Virus record (IMG/VR): IMGVR_UViG_3300007346_000025
Coordinates: 8,793-72,792 of that record
DNA from: a virus
DNA length: 64,000 nt
Direction: 5' to 3' (one strand)
Below the pieces are notes generated by a model. That model saw only the letters and a list, made by a program, of their open reading frames with translations, had not been told where the DNA came from and did not search any database. Positions 9,601 to 21,600 of the stretch are shown here, one piece after another. The position numbers and the translations under genes were made by a program. The first letter of the stretch is position 1; every line of letters begins with the position of its first letter.

Positions 9601-12600
9601 TTGAAAGAAATAAACAATGGATGACAGATCTTTATTCAAGAAGATCGGAATACTATGAGAAACTTGTAAAAGCTCAACTAGAACAACAGGAAAATAATGC
9701 ATTATTAAATGCACTTGCAGATGAAGGTATTTTTGTTAGTGTGGATGATTTTAAGAAATGGATAGATTTTAGAATCCCACCAAAAGAATTTTATGATCAA
9801 GCTAGAGGTATTGTAATACCAGAAGGCAGCCCAACCTATGATAAATATTATTTTTTATTTGAAAGAGTAGCAAAACTATCTGAAGATACATCCACTGAAA
9901 TAGTAGAAGATACTATGGATACTGCTTTAAAGAATGAGCTAGGTAGACTTGATCTTGAAAAACAAGCCAAAATAGATAGTCTTCCTAAAATGACCGTAAG
10001 AGAAGATTTATCAGAAGTATTACCAAACCGTGGTAAAACAATGGGTATCAGAAGAATTGCTGGTCAAATTCCAATTGGTAATTATGCTGATGCTACATAT
10101 ATGGATCAAGACGTAGAAGAAGTACTTACTTTTTATAAAGATAGTAATGGTAATTTATTCTATGTAGTAGATGGAAATGTAACAAATCAAGTTGAATCTA
10201 ACCTAGCATATAAATTTACAAAAGCTCAAGTATTCAACTTTGCAGAAAAACCAGATCAAGTTGTAGTAGATAATCTTGAAAAAGATTATGAAGAACTTAA
10301 AAATGCAGTAAAAGAAAGATATGCAAAAGCTAAAGAAAATTTAAAACAAGATAAACAAGCTGAAAAAGAAAAAGTCTATACACCAGATACTGATCTAGAT
10401 GAAATGCCTAACAGTCTTAAGAAAGAATTATATGAACTCTTTAAAAAAGAAGAGTTTGATAAACTTCCTGAAGAAGTTAGAGTCAACATGAAATACAATC
10501 AAGAACAAAACTTATTTGTTAAATTTATTCAAAGTAATCTTGCTGCAAAAGAAGTTATTGATAACTATAATAAGAAACAAAAAGCTACAAAAGCTACTGC
10601 TCCAACTGGAGAAAAGAATGACTTTACATTTAAGTTCTTGGGTAAAGAAGTAAATACAAAAGACTTAACTGCTGTAGAATTAAGATCTTATCAGAGAAGA
10701 CTTAAACAAACAATCAGTGGTCTTACTGAAAAACAAAGAGACAATAGTATTACACCAGAAGAAAAGACTGAGTTAGCGAATGCTAAAGTAGTAAGTATTG
10801 ATATTGAAAAATTAATTAAGACAAGATCTAAAAATGAACTTAGTCCTGAATTACAGGAAGCAGTTAAAAAGGTTGAGGATATAGAAGCTAAGCAAGAAAA
10901 TCTTATTACAACTGAACTTGGTGTAGTAGTAGATAACGTAGTGCATAGACCGGTTACACAAGTAACTATTGATAGTACACAAAAAAATGCTGCTAACATA
11001 GATGCTAAGAAAGCTGATGTAGAAAAGTATAAAGGAAAATCTAAATTTTCATATACAATACAAGGAAATAATGTTTATTTGGCTCCAAGTCTATCAGTAG
11101 AAAATAATCATGAGGAATTAAAAAATACAATATTTGATTTTTTAAATATTCTATCTAAAAATAAAGATCTAAAATATTTAGAAGGAGGTATAAAAAGAGT
11201 TATAGAATCCAGTAGAACATGGTACCCATTTAGTGTATTAGGTGATTATTTAGCTGGAAGATATAATACTACTATTGATAAAGTAATTTCACAATTTAAG
11301 TCTGCAGACTTTACTCAAAATGAATTGGATGTACTTAAGTATTCTTTAGAAAATAGAACAAGTCCTTATGCAGAACAAACAACTTTAGAACAATCTTCTA
11401 CAACACCACAATCTACTGCAAATGAAAGTATTAGTTTTATTAATGAACAGTTAGATAATTTATTTACAAAAGACACTAGACCTGTATTTGATGAAACTAA
11501 GATAAGTAGAGAAGCATTTGATAATTTATTTGGGGATAATGGAATCTTTACTACTCTTAAGAAAAGAGAAGAAAATGGAGAGATCTATATTACTAGTAGA
11601 AATCTAAAAGTTTATGACACTGATTTAAAGTTAGCTGGTCAAATTGATTTATTAGTAGCAGACACTAAAAAGAACTTAACTATTGTTAAAGTAGATTTAA
11701 GAACTAAAGAACAGTGGAATGCCTTTGATAAAAAGAATAATGATCAGTTGCTTCCGCAAACACTAAATGCAAATCTGTTACAGAGAATGACTGGTGTAGC
11801 ACCTAAGGTTGCTTTAATGCCAATTGAGATTATAACTGATAAGTCAGGTAAAATTACATCAGCAACTAAACCTTCAAGAGAAAATCTTTTAGATACTGAG
11901 TTCTTAATTACATTAGATAAAAATTTAGTTAAAGACCAAGCTGAAGGAATTGTATCTGCAGTAAAACCAGTTCCTGAGATACAACCTACTGTACAAATGC
12001 CTGCTGATGCTCAAAGTAGTGATGATCAACAGTCTCCAGCAGTTGAATCTGAAGGTGATCCTGTTGATCCTAAAGATGCATATAAATCAGAAAATGAAAG
12101 GATCACTTCAGAAGATATTGCAGAGAAATTAAAATCTGTAACAACAGAGCCTCAATTACTTAAACTTAAAATCCAGGTTAATCTAGATATTGCAGAAGGT
12201 AAAATTTTACCAGAAGACATAGATAAAATTACTGAGATGTTAGATAATAAAGATCTTAGTTTATCAGAAGAAATTGATCCTAAAATTTCTCCAGATAACA
12301 TGATAAAAGGTACACAACTTGTTGCTAAAAGCCTTATATTTACTGACAAAAATCAGACTGAAATCTTTGCAGAAGAAGATGATACTGTAGTAATTACTTC
12401 TACTAATAAAAAAGAAGGAACAGTAACAGTTCAACCTCTTGGTAAGAAAACACGTTTGAAACTTACTAGAGATGAATTAAATAATTTGTTTACTGAAAAA
12501 GAAGCAGTAATGGAAGCAAAAGAAAAACCAACAACTAAACCAGATAAAGAATCTAAAGCAAATGTTGTAGAAACATTAGATGCTGTAGATACATTTGTAG

Positions 12601-12695
12601 CTGATCAAGATGCTCTTTCTGAAATTGAAAAACAAGCAGAAAAGAAATCTTTGAAAGACTTAGATAATGACTTATTAGATGATATAGATTGTTAG
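6660..12695 (+). CDS. giant virion ejection protein with membrane-like segments and a degenerate PD-(D/E)XK-like domain
   Basis: 2011 aa. GAAVLAPFTGGASSAAV and FASGFFMGFLGGG segments; LAGQIDLLVAD motif; syntenic with the vRNAP gene. Confidence 0.7.
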   Translation: MMEEMDLNQSLSQETNDLYSGVTDFNEYFPISPSEPPTVTNLGTQNYITGSAPGNLPSQVPKNPAYNFDDHKKAMQNYMWNFAQQNAYDPNAYGKIQSYDLGPTGNAYYRRYAASGLDVMDELGFFPTKDNEQTWNDNTSWTDDFSRMITNSFGTLFYEGVVSGPKSLSRWLQGADFFDVDPEAAMNYERASAIGYSSRKGAGAFTSNLVMNFGYTAGIISEIMLEELGAAVLAPFTGGASSAAVTANAARRLNRLSHIDMSTLRVAKGFDASMDGARQFGNVLTELNDINNARKTYEAVKTSNNMLRGEKFFSNYFVKTLNPATQTVSELYDIYRAQDNLAGFASMSRTLGAFYRDIRTINMARSESALEAGMVQNKVFEDLYNKYYAENGEVASDEEMRNMMNQAHAAGIETSMYNFPLIYATNKVTFSNLLSKGKISNYINQSIRELGEVEAGRFGKLGKVVYNQSTKQFEFWKSGLKSWWKGWRADPFYKSVGKTVGYFKANISEGIQETFQEVIADAAEKYYVETYDSDLVQKQMYKNGQLPYLNITGEYFAKGFERFNPFTTAEGLDIFASGFFMGFLGGGMDKVINNTFIRANRIVQPEKYKEYKEKKLEITRDLVNSLNGQGVSNFINSRMWDAGVQSKAAAAKRKGNKKELEDAENEAFIAHFTVLSENGVLDQYLDGLLSLNKLGDEEFIDAMDNSITAEQIPQAKQKITDIVDRAKKLESKYNYYKEKYPSPVDMKLFDPGASEDYTEAYIMNQAWEYATKQAVFYNESFENTMQRMKDIMELQYNERPVSKMTKRQSDVLFVPKLLSNEIGLLQNEIDALSELDDPASKELLKTKKKELNALIKYKEKFDSFDRYYHRGRYIEGVKEKLSKERGGVEITNEEASAYILEALGVDEATEEKELKLISELETAYKEYLRGISEVEDDYIFTDGIDTAFERLLDYYKLDNESRTLAEGINLLNDPMGYINLVERNKQWMTDLYSRRSEYYEKLVKAQLEQQENNALLNALADEGIFVSVDDFKKWIDFRIPPKEFYDQARGIVIPEGSPTYDKYYFLFERVAKLSEDTSTEIVEDTMDTALKNELGRLDLEKQAKIDSLPKMTVREDLSEVLPNRGKTMGIRRIAGQIPIGNYADATYMDQDVEEVLTFYKDSNGNLFYVVDGNVTNQVESNLAYKFTKAQVFNFAEKPDQVVVDNLEKDYEELKNAVKERYAKAKENLKQDKQAEKEKVYTPDTDLDEMPNSLKKELYELFKKEEFDKLPEEVRVNMKYNQEQNLFVKFIQSNLAAKEVIDNYNKKQKATKATAPTGEKNDFTFKFLGKEVNTKDLTAVELRSYQRRLKQTISGLTEKQRDNSITPEEKTELANAKVVSIDIEKLIKTRSKNELSPELQEAVKKVEDIEAKQENLITTELGVVVDNVVHRPVTQVTIDSTQKNAANIDAKKADVEKYKGKSKFSYTIQGNNVYLAPSLSVENNHEELKNTIFDFLNILSKNKDLKYLEGGIKRVIESSRTWYPFSVLGDYLAGRYNTTIDKVISQFKSADFTQNELDVLKYSLENRTSPYAEQTTLEQSSTTPQSTANESISFINEQLDNLFTKDTRPVFDETKISREAFDNLFGDNGIFTTLKKREENGEIYITSRNLKVYDTDLKLAGQIDLLVADTKKNLTIVKVDLRTKEQWNAFDKKNNDQLLPQTLNANLLQRMTGVAPKVALMPIEIITDKSGKITSATKPSRENLLDTEFLITLDKNLVKDQAEGIVSAVKPVPEIQPTVQMPADAQSSDDQQSPAVESEGDPVDPKDAYKSENERITSEDIAEKLKSVTTEPQLLKLKIQVNLDIAEGKILPEDIDKITEMLDNKDLSLSEEIDPKISPDNMIKGTQLVAKSLIFTDKNQTEIFAEEDDTVVITSTNKKEGTVTVQPLGKKTRLKLTRDELNNLFTEKEAVMEAKEKPTTKPDKESKANVVETLDAVDTFVADQDALSEIEKQAEKKSLKDLDNDLLDDIDC

Positions 12696-12698
12696 ACT

Positions 12699-15600
12699 AT
12701 GAAAATTACATGTGCATTAAGCCAAAATCAAATTAAGAATCTATACAGTAATGTGTATGGTAACATGCTCAGCTCATTAAAAGAAGATACTCCTTTTGAT
12801 GTTAATACATACATGGCAAGTGTATTTGATAAGATTAGCCAGAAGTCTAGTCCAGAAAATGCTGCTAAGTTTGTACAACAAATACCTAAAATGGTTTCTG
12901 TTGCTGCTAACCGTGAAGATTTATTTGACCTAGAAATTGACCTCAATGCAGTTAGAAAACTTGTAAAAGAGTTTGCTAATGAAGATACGGGAATTGAATC
13001 TGTAATGAAAAGATTTGCTCCTAAAAAATCTTCAAGTACTAAAAAAGAGTTAACAAATAAAAAAGCTAATGAAGCTTTTGATCCTACACAAACAGAGGAT
13101 AAACCTGCAGAAACAAGACCATTATCATTAAAACCTTTCTCAATCTTTAATACAAGTTATCAAGAGTTTGAGGCAATTGATCCTAAAGCAAAAGAAGAAG
13201 GATACCAAGAAGTAGCAGATGAAACTAAAGAATTTATATATACTGCACTTGGTAAAATTGCTGCAGCAAATACTGATCTTGATAATGCTATGGATACCGC
13301 ACAGTATCAAGGTAAAGAACTTAGACTTAAACCTATAGTTTTAGCTTCAGCTCCTGTTGAAATGCTTGATAAGTATTCTACAAGAATTAAAAATGTATCT
13401 ACATTTTTTAGAAACTCTAATAAGAAAAACAATAGAGTAATTCAAGCCACTGAAATTATCTTAATGGCAATTTCAGATGAACAAGGTCAACTACTCTATT
13501 TTGATAATGAAGGTAATATTGTAGATACTCCAGAACAAGGAAGAGTTGTTTATCAATTTTTAAGAAATGTAATTCAAGAGAATGGTAAATATGTAGATGT
13601 AAATATCTATGGTTATTCTAATCAAATTGCATCACCTGAAGAAATATCTAAAGCTACTGGTGTACCAGTAGAAGAAGTTGCTAAAAATCAACAAGCTGAC
13701 TTTAAAGCATTGTATGATTATAAAAAATCTATCTTAGACGGTAATATAGCACTAGCACCATTAACAGGAATTAGTGAAGGAGTTTCTCCTAAACAATCTA
13801 AACAAATTATAACATTAGCTAATATAAATCAATTTCCTTTTGGTAGTGATTCAATATTTAAATCTATTAAACCAGTTAAGACACCAAGAGGTATATTTAA
13901 AGATGGGGATACTACAATTACAATTGAAGGTACTGAATATAAAATTGATAGACCAAATGCTACAGATGACATTATTAATAAAGTAGCTGATGTATTTAGT
14001 AATCCTAATATATCTAATAAACAAAAATACAATTTCTATTTACAGTTTTTTTCAAAAAAAGCATCTCCATATACAAGAAGACATAATGTAGAATATGCTG
14101 AATCAACAGATGAATTAATTTTTACTTATTCTCCCACTACTTATGCTGAAAAATATTCTAAGTTTCAACCAATTGATAATTTAAATACTCCTGAAGCTAA
14201 AGAATTAATTGTTGATATTTTAAAAAATGCTTCTGGTACAAAAGGAAAGTACTTTTCTGCTAAGATGAATTATGATGAGACTAATTTATCTAAAAATGGT
14301 TTTCTAGATTATAACTTAGAAACAAGAACAGTAGATGAAGAATTTAGTAATTATATTGAATTACTAAAAACATTACCAAGAACTACTATATACTTTAGTG
14401 AATCTAGTGATCCTAAGAAGTTCAATGCATATATGAACTTTAGAATCCCAACTGAATTTATTAAAAATGTAGAAAAAGCTAAAGAAAATCCTGCTTTAGT
14501 AGAACCTTCTCCAACAAGAAAACAAAAAAATATTCTTGTTGATTATTTAAAAGGTCAACCTAAAATTACTCAGAATCTTAAATTAAATGTATCTGCTACC
14601 ACTAAAAAGGGAATGGAAAATATATCTAATGAAGATTCTGAAATAAAAAATATAGATGAATCTAAATTTAAGAGACTAACTAATACTAATGAAAGTGAAA
14701 ATGGATTTAGTGTTGAAGATGGTATTCTAAGAATTAGAGTTGGTGGATTAGATGTGTTTGGAAGAACTGGTGGTGCTACTCAAATAAGTTTAAAAGTACC
14801 TGAAGGATTTAATCCAAATCTTTTTGCTGAAAAACTTAAGGACATAAGTCATGAAGGAGGAATTACAACACCAGAAGCTGTAAATCAAGTTATTACTGAT
14901 ATTAAAAATGCTCTTAATCCAAATGTAACTACTGATATATCAAAGCAAGGTGTTGTAAATACTTCTGCTGCAGGCAATGAATTTGGAACTTTTAATATTA
15001 CTTCTCCAGTAACAGGAGAATCACTTGTAGTTGCATTAGATAAAAAGTTTTTTAAAGAAGCTCCTTTATTAACTGTTGGTACACCTGTTTCATTAGCATT
15101 AACAACTTCTGAAACAGAAGATATGTATATCCCAGATATTATTGAAGTTAGAAATTCTGAAGGAAAAACTATTGGTCGTGTAATGGAAACAGACTATGGT
15201 AAAAAAGAAACTCCATTAGATAATTATTATAGAGAGCTTAAGAAACAAAGAAGTAAAACTATTGAGGAAAAAATTGAAGAAAGTACTAATACAAAAGGTA
15301 CTGCTAATCCAAAAGATGGTTTAGCTGGTAAGTTTTTCTTAAGAAGTGGACATTTGCAATATGATGCAACACCTGAGCAGGTTAAAAAAGCAGATAGTTG
15401 GTGGAATACTAGTGATTTAAATAAGTATTTATCTTTTGAACAAGGAGTAGCAATTGTTAACTCAGATGCATTTGCAAGATTTATTGCTTATGGTTCTATT
15501 CTGAATGGTAAGTTAGGGATGATACAAATTGCAAATAAAGGTTCAATGGTAGATATATACCATGAAGCTTGGCATGGTTTCTCTCAGTTATTCTTAACAC

Positions 15601-18600
15601 CTGAAGAAAAAACTCGTCTTTATAAAGAGGTACAAAGAAAGTTAGGTAGAAATAAAAAACTTTCATTTTTTGATATTGAAGAAATTTTAGCAGAAGACTT
15701 TAGAACTTATGCTAAAAATCCAAAGGCTCTTGAAGATAGTCCTGAAAGAAATTCAATCTTTAGAAGAATATTAAATTTCTTAAAAGAGTTATTGGGTATA
15801 GGGTCAGTTACAAATGTAACAGATATTAAAAAAGTAAGAGAACTTTATAATAATCTTTACTTTAATGAAAATCTAAATCAATACACACCAAGTATTGATA
15901 ATGTAATGTTTGATCTTCTCAATAGAAATTCTGGACTTCAAACATTAGCAGATGAAAATATTCAAGCTTTAAATAGACAAGATGCAACCACTGTAAAAAA
16001 TTCAATGGATAGTATCATATCTAAACTTACTGATAATTTATACTCAGAAAGAAAAGAAGATATAGAGCAATTGGGTCAGAACAAATCAGCAACAACTAAA
16101 TTATTAGAAGATCCAAGAAATAGAAATGCATTGTATTCTTATATCTTTGATCAACTTGACACAAGAAGAATTGAATTACAAGATCAACTTGATAACCTTG
16201 AAGATGATACTAAAAACTTTTTAGAAAAACAAAAGTTAGAAAACAATATTAGAATTCTTACTGCTGCATTAGATAACTGGGGTAATCAATCTAATGGTAT
16301 GATTAAATACCATATAGAAAACTCAGACTTTAATCTTCTAAGAGAAAAGTTTGTAGAAATGACACCTGAACAAGAAGATGCTGTAGAAGATGTTGAAGAT
16401 ACTGATACTGAACCAACTGCTGCTGAAGATACTGAAAGAGTAGGTGATAAAAAAATTGGTGATAGATCTTTGCTTGAGTTAGCAGATAAGGAAGTAGTAT
16501 ATATTCTTAAGAGTCTATTTAAAAAAGATAGATCTGGTAAAGTAATCTTAAATGAACTTGGATTTGAAGAACTTGTAGATTTTAGAAGTACTTGGAATAA
16601 TGTTGTTAGAACTATTGGTGGTGAACAAGATCCTATTGAACAATATAAATTATTAAAGGATGCTATCAAAATTCACCCGGAGTTTGAACAGTTGGTAAAT
16701 TTTAAATTAGCAGATCCTAATCCAGACTCTGAAAATGCATCTAATAATTTATATGAAGCTAAAGCTACTACAGCATTTTGGCAAACATTTAGTAAACCAA
16801 GAGTACCACTTTTACAAAGCACTATTTTTACAAATGGTATAACTCAAATTACAGAAGCTTCAATTGAAGCTGTAGATATATTAAGAGGTTTTGAAAATAA
16901 ATTTAAAGCTGATATTAATAATGCATATATTATAAGAAGGAATGAAGATAATGTTCCTATGCTTGCACTCCAAGCATTAGTAGAAGATTTTTCAGATAAA
17001 AATGGTAATCTTGATGATACTAAATACTATGAGTTTGCAAGAAGATTAGGTATATATCTTGATGATATTACTATAATTAAAAGAGCACTTACAAAGAATC
17101 AAAAAGCAGCAGAAGAATATGGTCTTCCTTACATTTTTAAAACAGTAAAAAAAGTTGCTGATTTAGAAGTAAATCCAAATGCCACTGAAAAGCAATTAAA
17201 ATTTGTTGAAGATTTTAAGAAAAATCCTATTTTCTATTTAAGAACACAAATTCCTGCAGGAATAATATCTAATAAAGAAGAAACTCAGAAATATGCACTT
17301 AAAAAATTAGCAGAATTACAATCAAAATATGGATTAGATACTTCTAATTTTGGGGTACTTAATGCAGAAGGTAATACAGTATATGAACTTATTGAAAAGA
17401 GTACAGCAAGTAAAATTGCTTATGCTATAAATAAAGCTGAAAAACTTTCTGATCTATGGAATTCTAGTACTCTTAAATACATGAGTTATTTAAATCCAGC
17501 TATTAATACATTTACAAATAACTCTAGATTTCTTAAAACAATCTTTGACTTTAATGATCCTGAGTTTACTAAAAGATCTGATAAAGAATTAGAATTATTT
17601 CTTTCTTCTGGTACTCAACAAATTGTTAATGAGGAATTCGGAATAAAAGATGGAAATAACACAACTTCATTAGATACAACTAGTAAGTTTCTTCAAGAAA
17701 TGAACTCTATGCTTAAAGCTGGTGTACAAGAATTCATTCGTCATGCATCTAAAAGTTCTGCATTTGGATTAAGAGTTAGCGGTGATATTATTGGTAGACC
17801 TGGTAAACTAGATAGTGATCCTAGACTTTGGATTGATATAGATATGTTTGCTGATAATACTGCTGACTCATATGCATTAAAGACACATATTGTACCTTAT
17901 ATTGCAACTGAAGCCAATAGAATTTATAAGTTTAAACAAAATAGAACTGAATTTGAAAAATATCAAGGATATAATAATGAAACTCCTAGTGGTAAAATGG
18001 CTGGAGAAGTATTTACTGCATTTGATAATGTATTAAGACCTTCAACTAAACAAGCAATATATTCAGCAATTGATAATGCAATACTTAATAAAGAATACTT
18101 TGATTTTATTTCTTTTATTAAAACTGATCAAACAGGATTAGCTGATAAAATTAGAACTGATGTATTAGATTATTTTAATGAACTAACTGAAGAAAACTAT
18201 AATATACTTCAGGAGACCAATTATATTAGTCCTGATATAATCAATAGACTTAAAAAATTTAATTTATCAAAAGAAGAACAAGATAAATTACTTACTAGAG
18301 CTTATACATTTAACTCTTGGATACATAATTTTGAAACTATCAATCTTATGTATGGAGATATGGCACAGTATAATCATATTAAAGAAGAGTTACATAAAAG
18401 AAATACTGGTTTAACTTCAACAGGTAGATCTTTTAGAACAGACATAGCTGCTCAGAATTTAGTTAAAGGAGCACTTAGAAAAAATTCTTATGCTGAGAAA
18501 AAAGGATTTAACTATGTAGAATATGATGGTACACTTAATACAGCTATCATTCAAGATATAGAAAGATCATCTGTTTACTTACCAGTTATTGAAAAAGCTT

Positions 18601-21600
18601 TAATTGAAGATTATACAAATAAGCTTAAAGAAACAATAAAGGATCCTGCTAAACTTACTGAAGCTGTAGAATATAGAGTTAAGAAGGACTTAGATGCCTA
18701 CAAGAAAATGGTAGAAGGTGATGGTCAAGGGTGGGTTACTTTTGATACTTATAGAATTCTTAAGAATCTAGAGAATGCTTGGTCATATGAGCAAGAAGAA
18801 TTATTTACTAAAATAACTGATGGAGAATTTGTCTCTCCTACAGAAATTATTCAAATGTTCCCAGTATATAAAATACAAAACTTTGGCCACTTAGCTAATA
18901 CAGGATTGCCTGTAAATGCTATGCATAAGTTTGCACTTGCTCCATTAATACCATCTATGATTGAAGGATCAGATCTTCAGTCTTTACATGAACAAATGAT
19001 GGCAAATAACATTCAGTATGTTACATTTCAGTCTGGTTCAAAAGTTGGTTCTGTTACTTCAGAAAAAGATTCTAAAGGTAAAGCAGCAGCAGACATCATT
19101 TATAAAGATGATGAAATGAAAAATCTCAATAGAGATATTAATTTTACTCCAAACACTATTTACGTAGATTATCTTAAAAATGTTACAAATGTAAATAGCT
19201 CATATAAAGAAAAAGCAACATTCTCCACACAGTTAAGAAAATTAATCTTGGGGTCAATGTATCGTGAAGGTAAAATCATTAATCCCAATAATGAAGCAAC
19301 TGTAAAAGAATATGAAAAAACTGTTGATGAGTACACTAAACTTTTAAAATTTGAGTTACTTAATGAAATTGGGTATGAAGAAGTAGACGGTAAGTATATT
19401 GGTAATCTTACAAACTTTTTAGATTTAGTTCAAAGAGAGTTAGGTAGAAGAAAATTACCAGAACACCATATTGAATTTGTTGGTCAAAATCTAGATAGCA
19501 CATTAAAGACTGATTTATCATTACACTTAAGAGCTGATGATATAGAAAAAATTCTAGTTAGTCTTATTGAAAAAAGATTTATTAAACAAAAAGTAAAAGG
19601 TGAAGCTTTAGTACAAGTATCCAGTGCTATGACAAATGGAATCTGGTCCACACCAACATTTAAAAAAGCAACAGCTGAAGAAATTAGAAAGTATATTGGC
19701 ACTAATAACTTACCTTTCTATAATCCAAGTAAAGATGGTACTTCAGCAATGAAAGTAGCAATTGCTTTACAGGGAGACTTTATAAAATTATTGAGAAGAA
19801 AAGATGTTGCAGTAATTGACACTGTTGATGGAAAAAGAACTCTTAATAAAAAAGCTAGTCTTGCTAAGTTAAATCAACTTATAAAAGATGAAGCATGGTT
19901 AGAAAATAATAGAGATTTAATTAGAATGTCTGCTGTACGTATTCCAGTACAGGGTCTTAACTCTATGGAGTTCATGGAAGTCTATGAATTCTTAGATCCT
20001 GCAGCAAGTAATATTATTATTACACCAACAGAAATTGTTGCTAAATCAGGATCTGACTTTGACGTTGATAAACTCATCACTTTTATGCCTAATATAGATA
20101 ATAGAGGTATGTTTATTAAATCTGGTATGTCTGAAGAACAATTCCAAGATTTTGTAAAAAGAAATAAAAACAATAAAGATAGAGTAAAAGAAACAATTAA
20201 AACTCAAAAATCTGCTCTTGAAAATAAACTTATTACAACTATTAATAATATTCTTGCATTACCAGATAACTATGCAAATCTTGTAAGGCCTAACTCTACA
20301 TATCTACTTAAAGATATTGCAGATAAACTTCAAGATTTTGTATCTGAGTATGATAGATTTAAAAATAAACTTGGTCAGGAATATGTAACAATAACTGATA
20401 AAGAAGATAAAAAAGTAAAAGTTATTAGTCCTACAAGAACACTTGAAACTGGATACAATCTTCATAAACATGATGTAAACTTAACTGGTAAGAAAGTATT
20501 AGGTATTACAGCTATTGAGAATTCATTAAATCCTATTCTTAATTCTTTGGGTGCAGCAATGCCAAAAACATATAAGCATTCTTATTATGATAATGCTATA
20601 AAGAAATGGGTAGAAACTGATACAACTTATAATACCAACTTGTATTTGCCACATAGAAAAATGGCAGATGGTAGAATTTCTCTTTCACATACTGAAAGCT
20701 TAGATGGAGATTCAATTTCTGATGTTCTATCACAAATGATGAATGGTCTAGTTGACGTAGAAAAAGATGCATGGATATTCTTTATACAGGCTAATTTAGA
20801 AATTGCTCCTACTTTATTGTATTTAATTAAAGCAGGTGTACCAAAAGAACATGCAATCATGTTTGTTTCTAATCCCCTTGTTAGAGATTATGCTAAAAAT
20901 AAAAGGCTTTACAATAGTGCTTATTCTGAATTATCAGGTAGAAAACTTGATGATAAATCTTATGCTCAATACCAAGCTGCTACAGATGTAATCATTAGTC
21001 AACTTCCAACACTTATTGAAGATCAGTTATCTAATATTAGAGATACTGAAACTATATATGTAAGAACAGGACGTTTTAATCCATACTTACAAGAAATGGA
21101 GTATGAAGATATTCCAATGACTAAGTTGCAACTAATTCAAAAAGTAAAAGACAAAAATTTTGCTGAGTCATTTATTAATGTGCGTAAGGATAGTAAGAAA
21201 GGTGGGATTATATTTAATAAACCATCTATAAGTAATAAAAAGTATTACTTAGACACTAAGTTCTATACTCAAGCATATATAAATAAAAATAAAGAGTTTG
21301 ACTTAGATCTTATGAAAAGAGTTATTCTTGATCCAAAGTCTTCAAAATATAGAGGAGCAGCAATGGCTATGTTTATGCACTTTATAGAAATTGAAAAACA
21401 AATCCGTGGTCTCCAAACATTAAAAAGACTTGCTAATCCAGATACTAGAACTTCTAAAACATTAGAAGAAGTAATTAGAAGAGGTGTATCACTTGAAGAA
21501 CTTAAAGAACTTTCTAAAGTAGATCCTGAGTTAGTAAGAAAATTAGTTGAAGAATCAATTCTTGGAAGCTTCTTTGATAATAAACTCATTGGAGAATTAG

